Positions 1-11,744 of a stretch of DNA of 64,000 nucleotides are shown one piece after another. The position numbers and the translations under genes were made by a program. Numbering within the stretch: the stretch's first letter is position 1; each line of letters starts with the position of its first letter. The notes beneath the pieces are model-generated. The model saw only the letters and a program-made list of their open reading frames with translations. It was not told the DNA's origin and searched no databases. This DNA comes from Pseudomonadota bacterium (lineage in GTDB: Bacteria; Pseudomonadota; Gammaproteobacteria; Xanthomonadales; Xanthomonadaceae), in the NCBI GenBank assembly GCA_023388715.1, contig JAEWFT010000021.1, positions 62,328 through 126,327 on the forward strand. The letters run 5' to 3'.

Positions 1-1244
<1,244 letters not shown>

Positions 1245-1306
1245 CTTGAATTCCTGCATTCCGGCTCGAAATAGGCTGGCAAGTCTACCGGAGCTACAAT
1301 GCCGCC

Positions 1307-1648
1307 ATGGCCGTGACCCTGACCGAATCCGCCCGCACCCGCATCCGCGGCTACCTCGATGCCGACCCGGGCGCCCTGGGTCTGCGCTTCGGGGTGGCCC
1401 GCAGCGGCTGCTCCGGCTGGGGCTACAAGGTCGACATGGCCCGCGACGCCGGCGCCGACGACACCGTGTTCGACGCCGGCGGCGTGCTCATCTACGTCGA
1501 TGCGGGCAGCCTTGCCCAGCTGGACGGCACCGAGATCGACTTCGTGAAGCAGGGCCTGAACGAGCAGTTCGTGTTCCGCAACCCCAACGTGGCCGGCGAG
1601 TGCGGTTGCGGCTCCAGTTTCACCACCGACGCGACAAGGGCGTCCTGA
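1307..1648 (+). CDS. HesB/IscA-family iron-sulfur cluster assembly accessory protein
   Basis: SGCSG motif, GTEIDFV, FRNPN and ECGCGSSF signature. Confidence 0.92.
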   Translation: MAVTLTESARTRIRGYLDADPGALGLRFGVARSGCSGWGYKVDMARDAGADDTVFDAGGVLIYVDAGSLAQLDGTEIDFVKQGLNEQFVFRNPNVAGECGCGSSFTTDATRAS

Positions 1649-1730
1649 GCCGCTCCACCCGCGGCGTTCTTGCCGCAGCAGGCCGCTTGCTGCCATAATG
1701 GCCGGCTCCGCGGGCGTTCGCCTGCGCGAG

Positions 1731-1815
1731 ACCTTGCCCGAACGCGCCCGGCACCCCCGGGTGGCCGAGGGCTGACCTGGCGGCCGTGCGCCGCCGCATC
1801 CACAAGGACACCACC
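1731..1815 (+). promoter_or_regulatory. Probable S6:S18 ribosomal-protein autoregulatory leader
   Basis: CCTTG (1732-1736) can pair with CAAGG (1803-1807) over the rpsF SD; internal GGCTGA and ATCC just before the SD resemble the gammaproteobacterial rpsF leader. Confidence 0.55.
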
Positions 1816-2250
1816 ATGCGTCATTACGAAATCGTGTTCCTGGTCCATCCGGACCAGAGCGAGCAGGTCCCGGCCATGATCGAGCGCTACAAGGCGTCGG
1901 TCGAGGCGGGCAACGGCACCATCCACCGCCTGGAAGACTGGGGCCGCCGCCAGCTGGCCTACCCGATCCAGAACCTGGTCAAGGCGCACTACGTGCTGCT
2001 GAACATCGAGGCCGAGCAGGCCGTGCTGGACGAGCTGGTCGACGCGTTCCGCTTCAACGATGCGGTCCTGCGCCACCTGGTCATGCGTCGCGACGACGCG
2101 GTGACCGAGCAGTCCCTGATCATGAAGAACAAGGACGACAAGGGTGACAAGCCCGAGCGCAGCGAGCGCCGCCGCCGCGACGACGAGGGCGAGGGTGGCG
2201 AGACCACCGCCGCCACCGCCGACGATTCCGACACCGCTGCCGCCGCCTGA
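1816..2250 (+). CDS. rpsF: 30S ribosomal protein S6
   Basis: [46 protein letters not shown] upstream. Confidence 0.98.
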   Translation: MRHYEIVFLVHPDQSEQVPAMIERYKASVEAGNGTIHRLEDWGRRQLAYPIQNLVKAHYVLLNIEAEQAVLDELVDAFRFNDAVLRHLVMRRDDAVTEQSLIMKNKDDKGDKPERSERRRRDDEGEGGETTAATADDSDTAAAA

Positions 2251-2273
2251 CCGCGCCGCCCAGGAGCATTCCC

Positions 2274-2504
2274 ATGTCCAAGTTCTTCCGCCGCCGCAAG
2301 TTCTGCAAGTTCACCGCCGAGGGCGTGACCGAGATCGACTACAAGGATCTCAACACCCTGCGCCAGTACCTGACCGAGACCGGCAAGATCGTCCCCAGCC
2401 GCATCACCGGCACCAAGTCGAAGTACCAGCGCCAGCTGCAGAGCGCGGTCAAGCGTGCCCGTTTTCTGGCACTGATTCCCTACACCGACAACCACAACGT
2501 CTGA
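2274..2504 (+). CDS. rpsR: 30S ribosomal protein S18
   Basis: [43 protein letters not shown]. Confidence 0.98.
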   Translation: MSKFFRRRKFCKFTAEGVTEIDYKDLNTLRQYLTETGKIVPSRITGTKSKYQRQLQSAVKRARFLALIPYTDNHNV

Positions 2505-2700
2505 CGCTTCGCCTGCTCGGCATGGCGTTGTCGCCGGTCGGCCGCGCGCATCCTCATTGACGCCAGTCAACTGCGGTGCGCGCGCCCTCCCGCTCCTAGC
2601 CACGCCTTCGCAGGCTGTGCGTCAGTCGGCCAAACCCGTCCATTCGGACAGCAACCGTTGCGGCGCCTGTGGGCGTCGCTAACGAATACGGAGCACTGAA

Positions 2701-3154
2701 ATGCAACTGATCCTCCTGCAGAAGGTCGTGAACCTCGGCAACCTCGGCGACAAGGTCGACGTGAAGCCGGGCTACGGCCGCAACTTCCTGGTACCGCAGG
2801 GCAAGGCCGTGCCGGCCACCGCCGCCAACCTGGCCGAGTTCGAGGCCAAGCGCCGATTACGAGGCCAAGGCCCAGGAAGCGCTGGAAGCGGCGACCTCGC
2901 GCCAGGGCAAGCTGGCCGATGCCAGCGTCACCGTCACCGCCAATGCGTCGCCGGAAGGCAAGCTGTACGGCTCGGTCGGCCCGCGCGAGATCGCCGAGGC
3001 CCTGACCAAGCAGCTGGGCGTCGAGATCAACAAGTCGGAAGTGGTGATGGGCGAAGGCCCGATCCGCAACATCGGCGAGTTCGACGTCGTGGTGCACCTG
3101 CATGCCGACGTCGAGTCGATCGTCAAGGTCACCGTGGTGCCGGACGCGCGCTGA
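2701..3154 (+). CDS. rplI: 50S ribosomal protein L9, frameshifted at about 2851 (probable 2-nt loss; sequencing error or pseudogene)
   Basis: N-half [36 protein letters not shown]; after AAG CGC CGA TTA C the L9 sequence continues in another frame ([35 protein letters not shown]) to TGA 3152-3154. Confidence 0.93.
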
Positions 3155-3180
3155 GCGCATTCCGCGACACGGGTTCCAAG

Positions 3181-3212
3181 CGAAGGGCGCCGAAAGGCGC
3201 CTTTCGTGTTTT
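3181..3212 (+). terminator. Rho-independent terminator after rplI
   Basis: CGAAGGGCGCC-GAAA-GGCGCCTTTCG followed by TGTTTT. Confidence 0.8.
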
Positions 3213-3250
3213 CCGGCCAGTCTCAGCCGGTGCGACCCGGGCCGGGCATC

Positions 3251-3259
3251 TTATCCACA
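3251..3259 (+). promoter_or_regulatory. Consensus DnaA box upstream of dnaB
   Basis: TTATCCACA, an exact match to the high-affinity DnaA box, in the rplI-dnaB spacer. Confidence 0.6.
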
Positions 3260-3377
3260 GCTTGCCCCCAGTGTTGTCTGCAACGCACCGCCGCCCATGC
3301 ACCGTACGATGGCCATCGACGAACAACACGACGCGCCACCGGACCGGCAGGCGCGCAGCAGGGGAGCGCAGTACACG

Positions 3378-4790
3378 ATGAGTGCCCGTCCGGGATTCCG
3401 CGGTGATGCCAGTTTCAAGACCCGCAACGACGGCCGCATCGAGCAGCTGCGGGTGCCGCCGCAATCGGTGGAGGCCGAGCAGGCGGTGCTGGGCGGATTG
3501 ATGCTGGACCCGTCGGCGTTCGACCGCATCGCCGACCAGCTCAGTGACGAGGACTTCTACCGCCGCGACCACCAGCTGATCTATCGCGCGATCCGCGAGC
3601 TGGTGGAAAAGAACCGCCCGTTCGACGCGGTCACCGTCGGCGAATGGTTCGAATCGCAGGGCGCGGCGGAACAGGTCGCCGGCGGCGCCTACCTGGTGGA
3701 GCTGGCGGCCAGCACGCCGAGCGCGGCGAACATCAAGGCCTACGCGGAGATCGTGCGCGACAAGGCGGTGCAGCGACGGCTGATCGATGTCGGCACCGCG
3801 ATCGTCAACGACGGATTCCAGCCCGAGGGCCGTGATTCCTCCGAGCTGCTGGCCAAGGCCGAGCAGGAGGTGTTCGCGATCGCCGAGGGCAGCGCGCGCG
3901 GCAAGCAGGACTTCGTGCCAATCCGCAAGGCGCTGATCGAGGCCTTCGACGTACTGCAAAAGCGCGCCGAATCAGGCGGCAGCGTGACCGGCCTGCCCAC
4001 CGGCTACGACGAGTTCGACCAGATGACCGCGGGCCTGCAGCCGACCGACCTGGTGATCCTGGCCGCGCGCCCGGCGATGGGCAAGACCACGCTTGCCCTG
4101 AACATCGCCGAGTACGGCGCGATCAAGTCGAAGAAGGCGGTGGCGGTGTTCTCGATGGAAATGTCGTCCGCCCAGCTGGCGCTGCGCCTGATCTCCTCGC
4201 TGGGGCGGGTGAACGCGACCCGGCTGCGCACCGGCGATCTCGAGGACGAGGACTGGAGCCGCGTCACCGGCGCCATCGCGCAGATGAACGGGGTCAAGAT
4301 CTTCATCGACGACACCCCGGCGCTGTCGCCGGAAGTGCTGCGGGCCAAGGCGCGCCGACTCAAGCGCGAGAACGACCTCGGGCTGATCGTGATCGACTAC
4401 CTGCAGCTGATGCAGGTGCCCGGCAACAACGAGAACCGCGCCACCGAGATCTCGGAGATCAGCCGCTCGCTGAAGGCCCTGGCCAAGGAGCTCAACGTGC
4501 CGGTGATCGCGCTCTCGCAGCTCAACCGCTCGCTGGAAACCCGTACCGACAAGCGCCCGGTGATGGCCGACCTGCGTGAATCCGGCGCGATCGAGCAGGA
4601 TGCCGACATGATCGTCTTCATCTACCGCGACGATTACTACAACAAGGAGAACTCGCCGGACAAAGGGCTGGCCGAGATCATCATCGGCAAGCAGCGAAAC
4701 GGTCCCACCGGCAGCTTCAAGCTGAAGTTCTTCGGCGAATACACCCGCTTCGACAACCTGGCCCACGACAGCGTCGGCAGCTTCGAGTAA
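3378..4790 (+). CDS. dnaB: Replicative DNA helicase DnaB
   Basis: [14 protein letters not shown], Walker [43 protein letters not shown]; start taken at MSARPGF. Confidence 0.98.
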   Translation: MSARPGFRGDASFKTRNDGRIEQLRVPPQSVEAEQAVLGGLMLDPSAFDRIADQLSDEDFYRRDHQLIYRAIRELVEKNRPFDAVTVGEWFESQGAAEQVAGGAYLVELAASTPSAANIKAYAEIVRDKAVQRRLIDVGTAIVNDGFQPEGRDSSELLAKAEQEVFAIAEGSARGKQDFVPIRKALIEAFDVLQKRAESGGSVTGLPTGYDEFDQMTAGLQPTDLVILAARPAMGKTTLALNIAEYGAIKSKKAVAVFSMEMSSAQLALRLISSLGRVNATRLRTGDLEDEDWSRVTGAIAQMNGVKIFIDDTPALSPEVLRAKARRLKRENDLGLIVIDYLQLMQVPGNNENRATEISEISRSLKALAKELNVPVIALSQLNRSLETRTDKRPVMADLRESGAIEQDADMIVFIYRDDYYNKENSPDKGLAEIIIGKQRNGPTGSFKLKFFGEYTRFDNLAHDSVGSFE

Positions 4791-4883
4791 GCCGTCCCGG
4801 ATCCGGTCCCACGGGCGGCATGACGCCGTGGGCGCCACCTGCGATCATCGCGGCCTGATGCCATTGGACCGGGCCGCACGCCC

Positions 4884-6026
4884 ATGACCGACCCCTTCGA
4901 CCATCGCCCGACCCGCATACGCGTGGACCTGGATGCGCTGGCGTACAACCTGCAGGCGATCCGCACGCACACCCGCACGCCGGTGATGGCGATCGTCAAG
5001 GCCAATGCCTATGGACACGGGCTGGCGCGCGTAGGACTGCACATGGAGGCTTGCGGCGCCGACCAGCTTGGCGTTGCATTCGTGGAGGAGGGCATCGCCC
5101 TGCGCAATGCCGGGGTGCGCACGCCGATCCTGGTGCTGGGCGGAATCTTCGGCTCGCAGGTCGAGCTCTACCTGCGGCACGACCTGCAGGTCACGGTGTC
5201 GTCGCTGGACAAGCTGCGCCAGGTGGAAGCCACCGCCGCGCGCCTGGAGATGACCGCCCGCATCCACCTCAAGGTGGACACCGGGATGGAGCGCATCGGC
5301 GTGCACAGCGATACCTGCGGGCCGCTGGTCGAGGCGGCGGTGGCGTCCCCGTGGTGCGAGATCGCCGGCATCTATTCGCACCTGGCCTGCGCCGACGATC
5401 CCGGCAACCCGATGACCGCGTTGCAGGTGGAGCGTTTCGCCGAGGCCTGCGCCCACTTCGAGCGCATCGGCGCGCCGATGCCGATTCGCCACCTGGCCAA
5501 TTCCGGCGGCATCCTGCACCACCCGGCCACACACCTGGACCTGGTGCGGCCCGGGATCATGCTCTATGGCGTTCTGCCTGACGCCGCCCTGTCGCAGCGC
5601 ACGGTCCCGGTGCGCCCGGCGCTCTCGCTGTCTTCGCAGGTGATCTTCTTCAAGGTGGTGCGTGCCGGGCGCAGCGTCAGCTACGGCGCGACCTGGACCG
5701 CGCCGCGCGACATCCGCGTGATCACCGTCCCGATCGGCTACGGCGACGGTTGGCCGCGCGCGCTGTCCTCGCGCGGGGAGGTGCTGGTGCAGGGCGTGCG
5801 ACGGCCGATCGTGGGGCGGGTGTGCATGGACCAGTTCATGGTCGACCTCGGGCCCGAGGGCGAGGCCTGGAACGACGATGAGGTGATGCTGATCGGCGAG
5901 CAGGGCGGCGAGGCGATCCGGGTCGAGGACGTCGCCCGGCGCGCGGGCGTGATTCCCTACGAGGTGCTGGTCGGCCTCAACGAACGCATCCCGCGCACCT
6001 ACACCAGCGGCCGCCTGCCACGTTGA
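4884..6026 (+). CDS. alr: Alanine racemase
   Basis: PLP lysine motif VKANAYGHG, HLKVDTGMERIG, PIGYGDG, GRVCMDQ. Confidence 0.95.
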   Translation: MTDPFDHRPTRIRVDLDALAYNLQAIRTHTRTPVMAIVKANAYGHGLARVGLHMEACGADQLGVAFVEEGIALRNAGVRTPILVLGGIFGSQVELYLRHDLQVTVSSLDKLRQVEATAARLEMTARIHLKVDTGMERIGVHSDTCGPLVEAAVASPWCEIAGIYSHLACADDPGNPMTALQVERFAEACAHFERIGAPMPIRHLANSGGILHHPATHLDLVRPGIMLYGVLPDAALSQRTVPVRPALSLSSQVIFFKVVRAGRSVSYGATWTAPRDIRVITVPIGYGDGWPRALSSRGEVLVQGVRRPIVGRVCMDQFMVDLGPEGEAWNDDEVMLIGEQGGEAIRVEDVARRAGVIPYEVLVGLNERIPRTYTSGRLPR

Positions 6027-6077
6027 CCCGCCGCTTGGCGCCGTGATTCACTCGGGCGCAGCGGAGCGGAGTGGCGG

Positions 6078-7553
6078 ATGGCGAAGGGGCGCGCGGACGG
6101 GGACGGAACGCGGTTGGCGCGCGAGGCGATGTCGCGGGTCGACACCGCGTGGCTGCGGATGGAGCGGCCGACCAACCCGATGATGATCACCGGGGTGCTC
6201 ATGTTCGACGAGCCGATCACCCTGGCCGCGCTGCGGCGCACCGTCCGCGATCGCTTCCTCTCCTACGCCCGCTTCCGGCAGAAGGCGGTGGCGGGCGCCG
6301 CCGGCTGGCACTGGGAGACCGACGCCGACTTCGACCTCGACTGGCACGTGCGCATCAGCGGCCTGCCGGGCCGTGGCGACAAGCGCGCGCTGGAGCGCTT
6401 CGCCAGCCAGCTCGCGTCCAGCCCGCTGGATCCCCACCGGCCGATGTGGCAGTTCCACCTGGTCGAACGCTACCGCGGTGGCAGCGCGCTGGTCGCGCGC
6501 ATCCACCATTGCTACGCCGACGGCATCGCCCTGGTGCAGGTGCTGCTGTCGATGACCGACACCGAGCGCAAGGGCACGCCCGGGGCGCAACTGGCGCGCA
6601 GCTGGCTCAAGGACGAGCACCACCGGGTCGCCCGGCGCGTGGGCGCGGTCGACCGCTACATGGCGCTGGGCAGCAGGGTGGTCGGCGGCGGCATGGCGAT
6701 GGTCCACGACCCGGCGCTGGCGGCGATCCTGGCCCGCGAGGGCGGCGAGCTGGCGGCCGAACTGGTGCGGGTGCTCGCGATGCCCGACGATCCACCGTCG
6801 CTGCTGCGTGGCCCGTTGGGGGTCAGCAAGCGCGTGGCCTGGGCAGAACCGCTCGACCTCGAGGAGGTCAAGGCGGTCGGCCGCGCCTGCGACTGCACCA
6901 TCAACGACGTGCTGATGGCGACCGCCGCCGGCGCCCTGCGCAGCTACATCGAGGAGCGCGGCGACGCGGTTGACGGCCTTACCCTGCGCGCCACCGTCCC
7001 GGTCAACATGCGGCCGCTCGAGCATGCCCGGCAGCTGGGCAACCAGTTCGGCCTGGTTTACCTGGAACTGCCGATCGGCGAGGCCAACCCGGTGCGGCGG
7101 CTGGAGCGCGTGGCCGCGTGCATGCGCGGCCTGAAACGCTCCCGGCAGCCGCTGCTGGCCTACGGCCTGCTGGCCACCCTGGGGATGGCGCCCGCGGCGG
7201 TCCAGGAACTGGCGCTGGACATGCTGAGCAACAAGGCAAGCGTGGTTGCCACCAACGTGCCGGGTCCCCAGCAGCGGTTGTACATGGCCGGGAGCCCGCT
7301 GCGCGAGATGATGTTCTGGGTGCCGCAAACCGGCGGGGTGGGGGTCGGCATCTCGATCCTGAGCTATCGCGGACGGGTGCACTTCGGCCTGATCGGCGAT
7401 GCCAAGCTGATTCCCGATCCCGAGGCGGTGGTGCGCAGGTTCGCCGCGGAATTCGAGACCCTGCTGTACCTCGCCCTGATGGGACGCTGGGACCAGCGCC
7501 TGGACGCCGCCGGCGCACGCGCCCTGCTGCCGGAAGGAGCAACGCCGGCTTAA
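6078..7553 (+). CDS. Wax ester synthase/diacylglycerol acyltransferase (WS/DGAT) family O-acyltransferase
   Basis: HHCYADG (HHxxxDG) active site, RPMWQFHLV, TINDV, TNVPGP. Confidence 0.92.
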   Translation: MAKGRADGDGTRLAREAMSRVDTAWLRMERPTNPMMITGVLMFDEPITLAALRRTVRDRFLSYARFRQKAVAGAAGWHWETDADFDLDWHVRISGLPGRGDKRALERFASQLASSPLDPHRPMWQFHLVERYRGGSALVARIHHCYADGIALVQVLLSMTDTERKGTPGAQLARSWLKDEHHRVARRVGAVDRYMALGSRVVGGGMAMVHDPALAAILAREGGELAAELVRVLAMPDDPPSLLRGPLGVSKRVAWAEPLDLEEVKAVGRACDCTINDVLMATAAGALRSYIEERGDAVDGLTLRATVPVNMRPLEHARQLGNQFGLVYLELPIGEANPVRRLERVAACMRGLKRSRQPLLAYGLLATLGMAPAAVQELALDMLSNKASVVATNVPGPQQRLYMAGSPLREMMFWVPQTGGVGVGISILSYRGRVHFGLIGDAKLIPDPEAVVRRFAAEFETLLYLALMGRWDQRLDAAGARALLPEGATPA

Positions 7554-7653
7554 CGTCGCTGCGGGCATTCACTTGCCCGCCACGCAGCCGCCCCTAGCCT
7601 GTGCCACGTATTCAGGGTCAGCCTGGAACACCCCACAGACAGGAGTCCTACCC

Positions 7654-8328
7654 ATGAACCAGACCTCCCTCAAGATCGCCGGGCTGGCCGCCGCCCTTGC
7701 CTTCACCGCCGGCTGCGCGACCTACACCGGCCAGACCGCCGATCCGACCGATCCCAACCGCACCCAGCGTGGCGCCCTGATCGGCGCGGCCGTCGGCGCC
7801 GCCGCCGGCCTGCTGAGCGGCGACAGTGCCGTCGAGCGCCGCCAGCGCGCGATGGTCGGTGCCGGTGTCGGCGCCCTTGCCGGTGGCGCCATCGGTGCCT
7901 ACCAGGACCGTCAGGAAGCCGAACTGCGCCGCGCCACCGCCGGCACCGGCGTCGACGTGACCCGCGACGGCGACGTCATCAAGCTCAACCTGCCGGACGG
8001 CGTGACCTTCGATTTCGCCAAGTGGAACGTGAAGCCGCAGTTCTACCCGGCGCTGAACACGATTGCCACCACGCTGAAGGAGTACAACCAGACGATCGTC
8101 GAGGTCAGCGGGCACACCGACAGCATCGGTTCGGATGCCGCCAACCAGACGCTGTCCGAGCGTCGCGCCAATTCCGTGGCCAGCTACCTGATCGGCCAGG
8201 GCGTGATGCGCGAGCGCTTCGAGATCGTCGGCATGGGCGAGCGTTACCCGATCGCCAGCAACGACACCGATTCCGGTCGCGCGCTGAACCGCCGCGTCGA
8301 GATCCGCCTGCTGCCGCTGCGCAGCTGA
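7654..8328 (+). CDS. OmpA-family outer-membrane lipoprotein (YiaD-like)
   Basis: Lipobox-like FTAGC, glycine zipper, GHTDSIGSDAANQTLSERRANSV, NRRVEI; SD AGGAG. Confidence 0.92.
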   Translation: MNQTSLKIAGLAAALAFTAGCATYTGQTADPTDPNRTQRGALIGAAVGAAAGLLSGDSAVERRQRAMVGAGVGALAGGAIGAYQDRQEAELRRATAGTGVDVTRDGDVIKLNLPDGVTFDFAKWNVKPQFYPALNTIATTLKEYNQTIVEVSGHTDSIGSDAANQTLSERRANSVASYLIGQGVMRERFEIVGMGERYPIASNDTDSGRALNRRVEIRLLPLRS

Positions 8329-8351
8329 CGGCAGGCTTCGGCAACACCTGG

Positions 8352-8380
8352 ACGGGCCGCGCAAGCGGCCCGTTCTTGTT
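8352..8380 (+). terminator. Rho-independent terminator
   Basis: ACGGGCCGC-GCAA-GCGGCCCGT followed by TCTTGTT. Confidence 0.75.
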
Positions 8381-8458
8381 GGCGGGCCTTCAGCCTAGCC
8401 CCTTGTTCGGCGTCGACCTGGCCCTATACTGGTCCTGTCGGCGACATCGACAATCCTC

Positions 8459-8814
8459 GGGGGTGCACTGGCTTCGACGGGGGTCGCGAAATCGCACGGC
8501 GCATGCCGAGGGGGTAGCTTTCCTCGTTAAACCAGCTGCAAAAACCCAGACGCCAACGACGACGTCTACGCTCTCGCCGCTTAAGGCGTAAGCCCCGAAC
8601 CCACTTGTGCCCTTGCTCGTGGATGTAGGGTCATTATCAGGGGATAAGCGCCGGTGGCGACCCGCCAACCGGTGACGAAAACCAAAGCGGGTGTGGATGG
8701 CGGTGTGCCTCGCACGTTGTGTTGCCGACATCCGAGATCAAACAACGAGCTAAGCATGTAGTGCCGGGCATGGAGCATCTTCGGACGGCGGTTCGATTCC
8801 GCCCACCTCCACCA
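8459..8814 (+). ncRNA. ssrA: tmRNA (SsrA); tag reading frame ANDDVYALAA* at 8552-8584
   Basis: 5' GGGGGTG..TTCGAC, 3' T-loop GGTTCGATTCC and CACCTCCACCA end, tag peptide ending ALAA, TATACT -10 at 8425, smpB nearby. Confidence 0.97.
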
Positions 8815-8836
8815 ATTCAAGCAGTCGTTCCACGCA

Positions 8837-8868
8837 ATCAGGCCACCTCCGGGTGGCCTGATCGTTTC
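8837..8868 (+). terminator. Terminator hairpin after ssrA
   Basis: ATCAGGCCACC-TCCG-GGTGGCCTGAT then CGTTT. Confidence 0.7.
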
Positions 8869-8977
8869 TGGGGCCGGTGGCGGATGACGCCGCGGAGATG
8901 GCCGTTTTGTTGAAGCATCGCGGGAGATGTGCAGGGTGGGGTACATCGCCCGTGCGCGTGGCAGGTATCCTGTGCGG

Positions 8978-11164
8978 ATGCCAGAAGTGAGCCAAGAGTT
9001 GCCACCTTCCAGGCGGATGCGCTTTGGCTATCCGCTGGCCGTGCTGGTCCTGGCCCTGTCGCTGGCACTGGTGCTGATCGCGTGGAACCAGTTGCGCGAG
9101 CGCGAACTCGGGCTGGCGGAAGAGCAATTCCGCGGGCGCGCGGCGCAGCAGACATCGCTGGTCGAACAGCACCTCAACAGCATCGAGGTCGCCTTGCGCG
9201 GCGGCGCGTCCCTGTTCGCGGCCATCGGCGAGCCGACCCGCGAGCAGTGGCACGACTACGCCAGCGCGCTGCAGATGGAGCGCTACTTCCCGACCATGGT
9301 CGGCCTGGGCTATGCCGTGAGCCTGGATCCGCAGGGCCTGGTGCGGATGCAGGAGAGCCTGCAGCGCCAGGGGCGCGGCCTGTTCAACGTGCGGCCGCAG
9401 GGCGTGCGCGACCGCTATGGCGCGATCATGTTCCTGGAGCCGGCCACGCGCGCCAACCTCGAGGCGGTGGGCTTCGACATGTTCGCCCAGCCGGTGCGGC
9501 GGCGGGCGATGGCGGCCGCGATGGACAGCGGCATTCCCGCCATGAGCGGGTTGGTGGAGCTGGTGCAGGACAGCGGGCGGCCGCATCCGGCGGTGCTGCT
9601 GTATGCGCCGGTTTACGTCCCGGGGATGCCGGTCGAATCGGTGACGCAGCGCCGCGCGGCTCTGCGCGGCTGGGTGTACGCGCCGTTCCGGGTGAACGAA
9701 CTGCTGGACACCGCCATCGGCGCCGGCCGCCAGCGGATGCTCCTGCGGGTGGTGGATGTCACCGACGAGCACCCCGTCGTGCTGCGCCAGGACCCGGGTA
9801 TCGGCGAGGAGCAGGCGTTCTCCCTCAGCCTCGACAAGCGCCTGCTGGGACGGACCTGGCGGTTCGACTACTTCTCCGGCCCGCAGGAGATGGCTGCGCC
9901 GCAACTGGCCGGGGTCAACCGGGTGCTGATCCTGGGCCTGGTGGTCAGCCTGCTGCTGTTCGGCCTGACCTGGACGATGGCCTCGACCGAAGCGCGGGCG
10001 CGGCGCCTGGCGATCACCATGACCGAGAGCTCGCGGCGCAACGAGCAGCGCTTCCGCAACGCGATGCAGTACTCGGCGATCGGCAAGGCGCTGCTGGACA
10101 GCGCCGGCACGATCATCGAATGGAACCCCGCGTTCGCCAGGACCGTCGGGCGCGATGCCGCGGCCTTGCAGGGCAGCAACCTCAACGACCTGCTAGGCGA
10201 GGATTCCGAGCCGGTCAAGACCTCGCAGATGCAGGCGTTCGACGAGGAGGGCGGCGTGATCCGCCTGACCCGCAGCATCCGTCGCGCCGATGGCGAGGTG
10301 CGCCACGTCAACCTGACCTTCGCCCCGGTCCCGGAAGAGCCGGGCAACGACATCTCGCGGCTGGTGCAGGTCGAGGACGTGACCGAGCGCACCCGCGCGG
10401 AGGCCACCGTGCAGGCCCTGAACCGCACCCTGGAGGCGCGGGTCGCCGCCCGCACTCGCGAGCTCAGCGAAGCCAATCGCGAGCTGGAATCCTTTGCCTA
10501 CAGCGTTTCCCACGACCTGCGCGCGCCGCTGCGCGGCATCGAGGGCTTCAGTCGGCTGCTGGAGGAGCGCTACGCCGACGTGCTGGATCCGGTCGGCCGC
10601 AATCACCTGCTGCGCGTGCGCGCGGGCGCCGCGCGGATGGGGGAACTGATCGAGGCGCTGCTCAAGCTGGCGCGGATCCGCCGCACCGAAGCGGACCTCG
10701 CGCAGGTCGACGTCAGCGCGCTGGCGAGCGAGGTGGTGACCGAGTTGCGCGCGGCGCACCCGGATCGCAACGTGGCGGTACAGATCCAGCCGGGCATGAG
10801 CGCGCAGGCGGACCGCACGCTGCTGCGCAACCTGCTGCACAACCTGCTGGGCAACGCGTGGAAATTCACCCGCGACGTCGCCGATGCGCGGGTCGCGCTG
10901 CACAGCTGGCGCGACCGCCAAGGAACCACCTGGTTCGAGGTCAGCGACAACGGCGCCGGCTTCGACCCCGCCTACGTGGACAAGCTGTTCAAACCATTCC
11001 AGCGCCTGCACCGGCAGGACGATTTCGCCGGGCACGGCATTGGCCTGGCGTCGGTGAAGCGGATCATCGAGCGCCACGGCGGCACCATCGAGGCCGACGG
11101 CACCCCGGGGCAGGGCGCGCGGTTCCGCTTCACCCTTGGCGATGGCGGCGAAAGCGCCGGCTGA
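8978..11164 (+). CDS. CHASE-PAS sensor histidine kinase
   Basis: Two TM segments flanking a CHASE-like region (FLEP..NLEAVGFDM), PAS, H-box SVSHDLRAPL, N-box NLLGNAWKF, DNGAGF, GHGIGL. Confidence 0.9.
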   Translation: MPEVSQELPPSRRMRFGYPLAVLVLALSLALVLIAWNQLRERELGLAEEQFRGRAAQQTSLVEQHLNSIEVALRGGASLFAAIGEPTREQWHDYASALQMERYFPTMVGLGYAVSLDPQGLVRMQESLQRQGRGLFNVRPQGVRDRYGAIMFLEPATRANLEAVGFDMFAQPVRRRAMAAAMDSGIPAMSGLVELVQDSGRPHPAVLLYAPVYVPGMPVESVTQRRAALRGWVYAPFRVNELLDTAIGAGRQRMLLRVVDVTDEHPVVLRQDPGIGEEQAFSLSLDKRLLGRTWRFDYFSGPQEMAAPQLAGVNRVLILGLVVSLLLFGLTWTMASTEARARRLAITMTESSRRNEQRFRNAMQYSAIGKALLDSAGTIIEWNPAFARTVGRDAAALQGSNLNDLLGEDSEPVKTSQMQAFDEEGGVIRLTRSIRRADGEVRHVNLTFAPVPEEPGNDISRLVQVEDVTERTRAEATVQALNRTLEARVAARTRELSEANRELESFAYSVSHDLRAPLRGIEGFSRLLEERYADVLDPVGRNHLLRVRAGAARMGELIEALLKLARIRRTEADLAQVDVSALASEVVTELRAAHPDRNVAVQIQPGMSAQADRTLLRNLLHNLLGNAWKFTRDVADARVALHSWRDRQGTTWFEVSDNGAGFDPAYVDKLFKPFQRLHRQDDFAGHGIGLASVKRIIERHGGTIEADGTPGQGARFRFTLGDGGESAG

Positions 11165-11191
11165 GCGGGGTACGGCTTGCCGGGCGGTGGC

Positions 11192-11686
11192 CTAGGCGTC
11201 CTTGTTGTGGCGGCGCAGCAGGCGCTGCTTCTCGCGGTTCCAGTCGCGCTCCTTGCTGGCATCGCGCTTGTCGTGCTGCTGCTTGCCGCGCGCGAGCGCG
11301 ACCTCGGCCTTGACCTTGTTGCCCTTCCAGTACAGCGCGGTCGGCACCAGGGTATAGCCCTCGCGCTGCACGCGCCCGACGAGTTCGTCGATCTCGCGCC
11401 GGTGCAGCAGCAATTTGCGCGAGCGGCGGTCGTTCGCCACCACGTGGGTCGAGGCCTGGATCAGCGGGGTGATCTGCGAGCCGACCAGGAAGATCTCGCC
11501 GTGCAGCACCACCGCATAGGCATCGCCGATGTTGGCGCGCCCGGCGCGGATCGCCTTCAGTTCCCAGCCCTGCAGGGAAAGCCCGGCCTCGAACCGCTGG
11601 TCGAGGTGGTATTCGTGGCGCGCGCGCTTGTTCAGCGCGATGGTCCCGCTGTTGTTTGGCTTATCCTTGCCGGTCTTCTTGCTCAT
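11192..11686 (-). CDS. smpB: SsrA-binding protein SmpB
   Basis: IALNKRARHEY..FEAGLSLQGWELKAIR..RKLLLHRREI..GKQQHDKR. Confidence 0.98.
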   Translation of the reverse strand: MSKKTGKDKPNNSGTIALNKRARHEYHLDQRFEAGLSLQGWELKAIRAGRANIGDAYAVVLHGEIFLVGSQITPLIQASTHVVANDRRSRKLLLHRREIDELVGRVQREGYTLVPTALYWKGNKVKAEVALARGKQQHDKRDASKERDWNREKQRLLRRHNKDA

Positions 11687-11744
11687 CCTGACATTCTCGC
11701 CGATCCCGGCCGCTCAGCGGCGATCCGGCGCCGACGGAGTCCCG

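Noticed and set aside
3378..4790. Intein in DnaB
   Set aside because: The protein is about 470 aa with contiguous helicase motifs; there is no insertion.
8815..11190. Prophage or island integrated at ssrA
   Set aside because: No integrase, no duplicated ssrA 3' end seen, and host-like composition.
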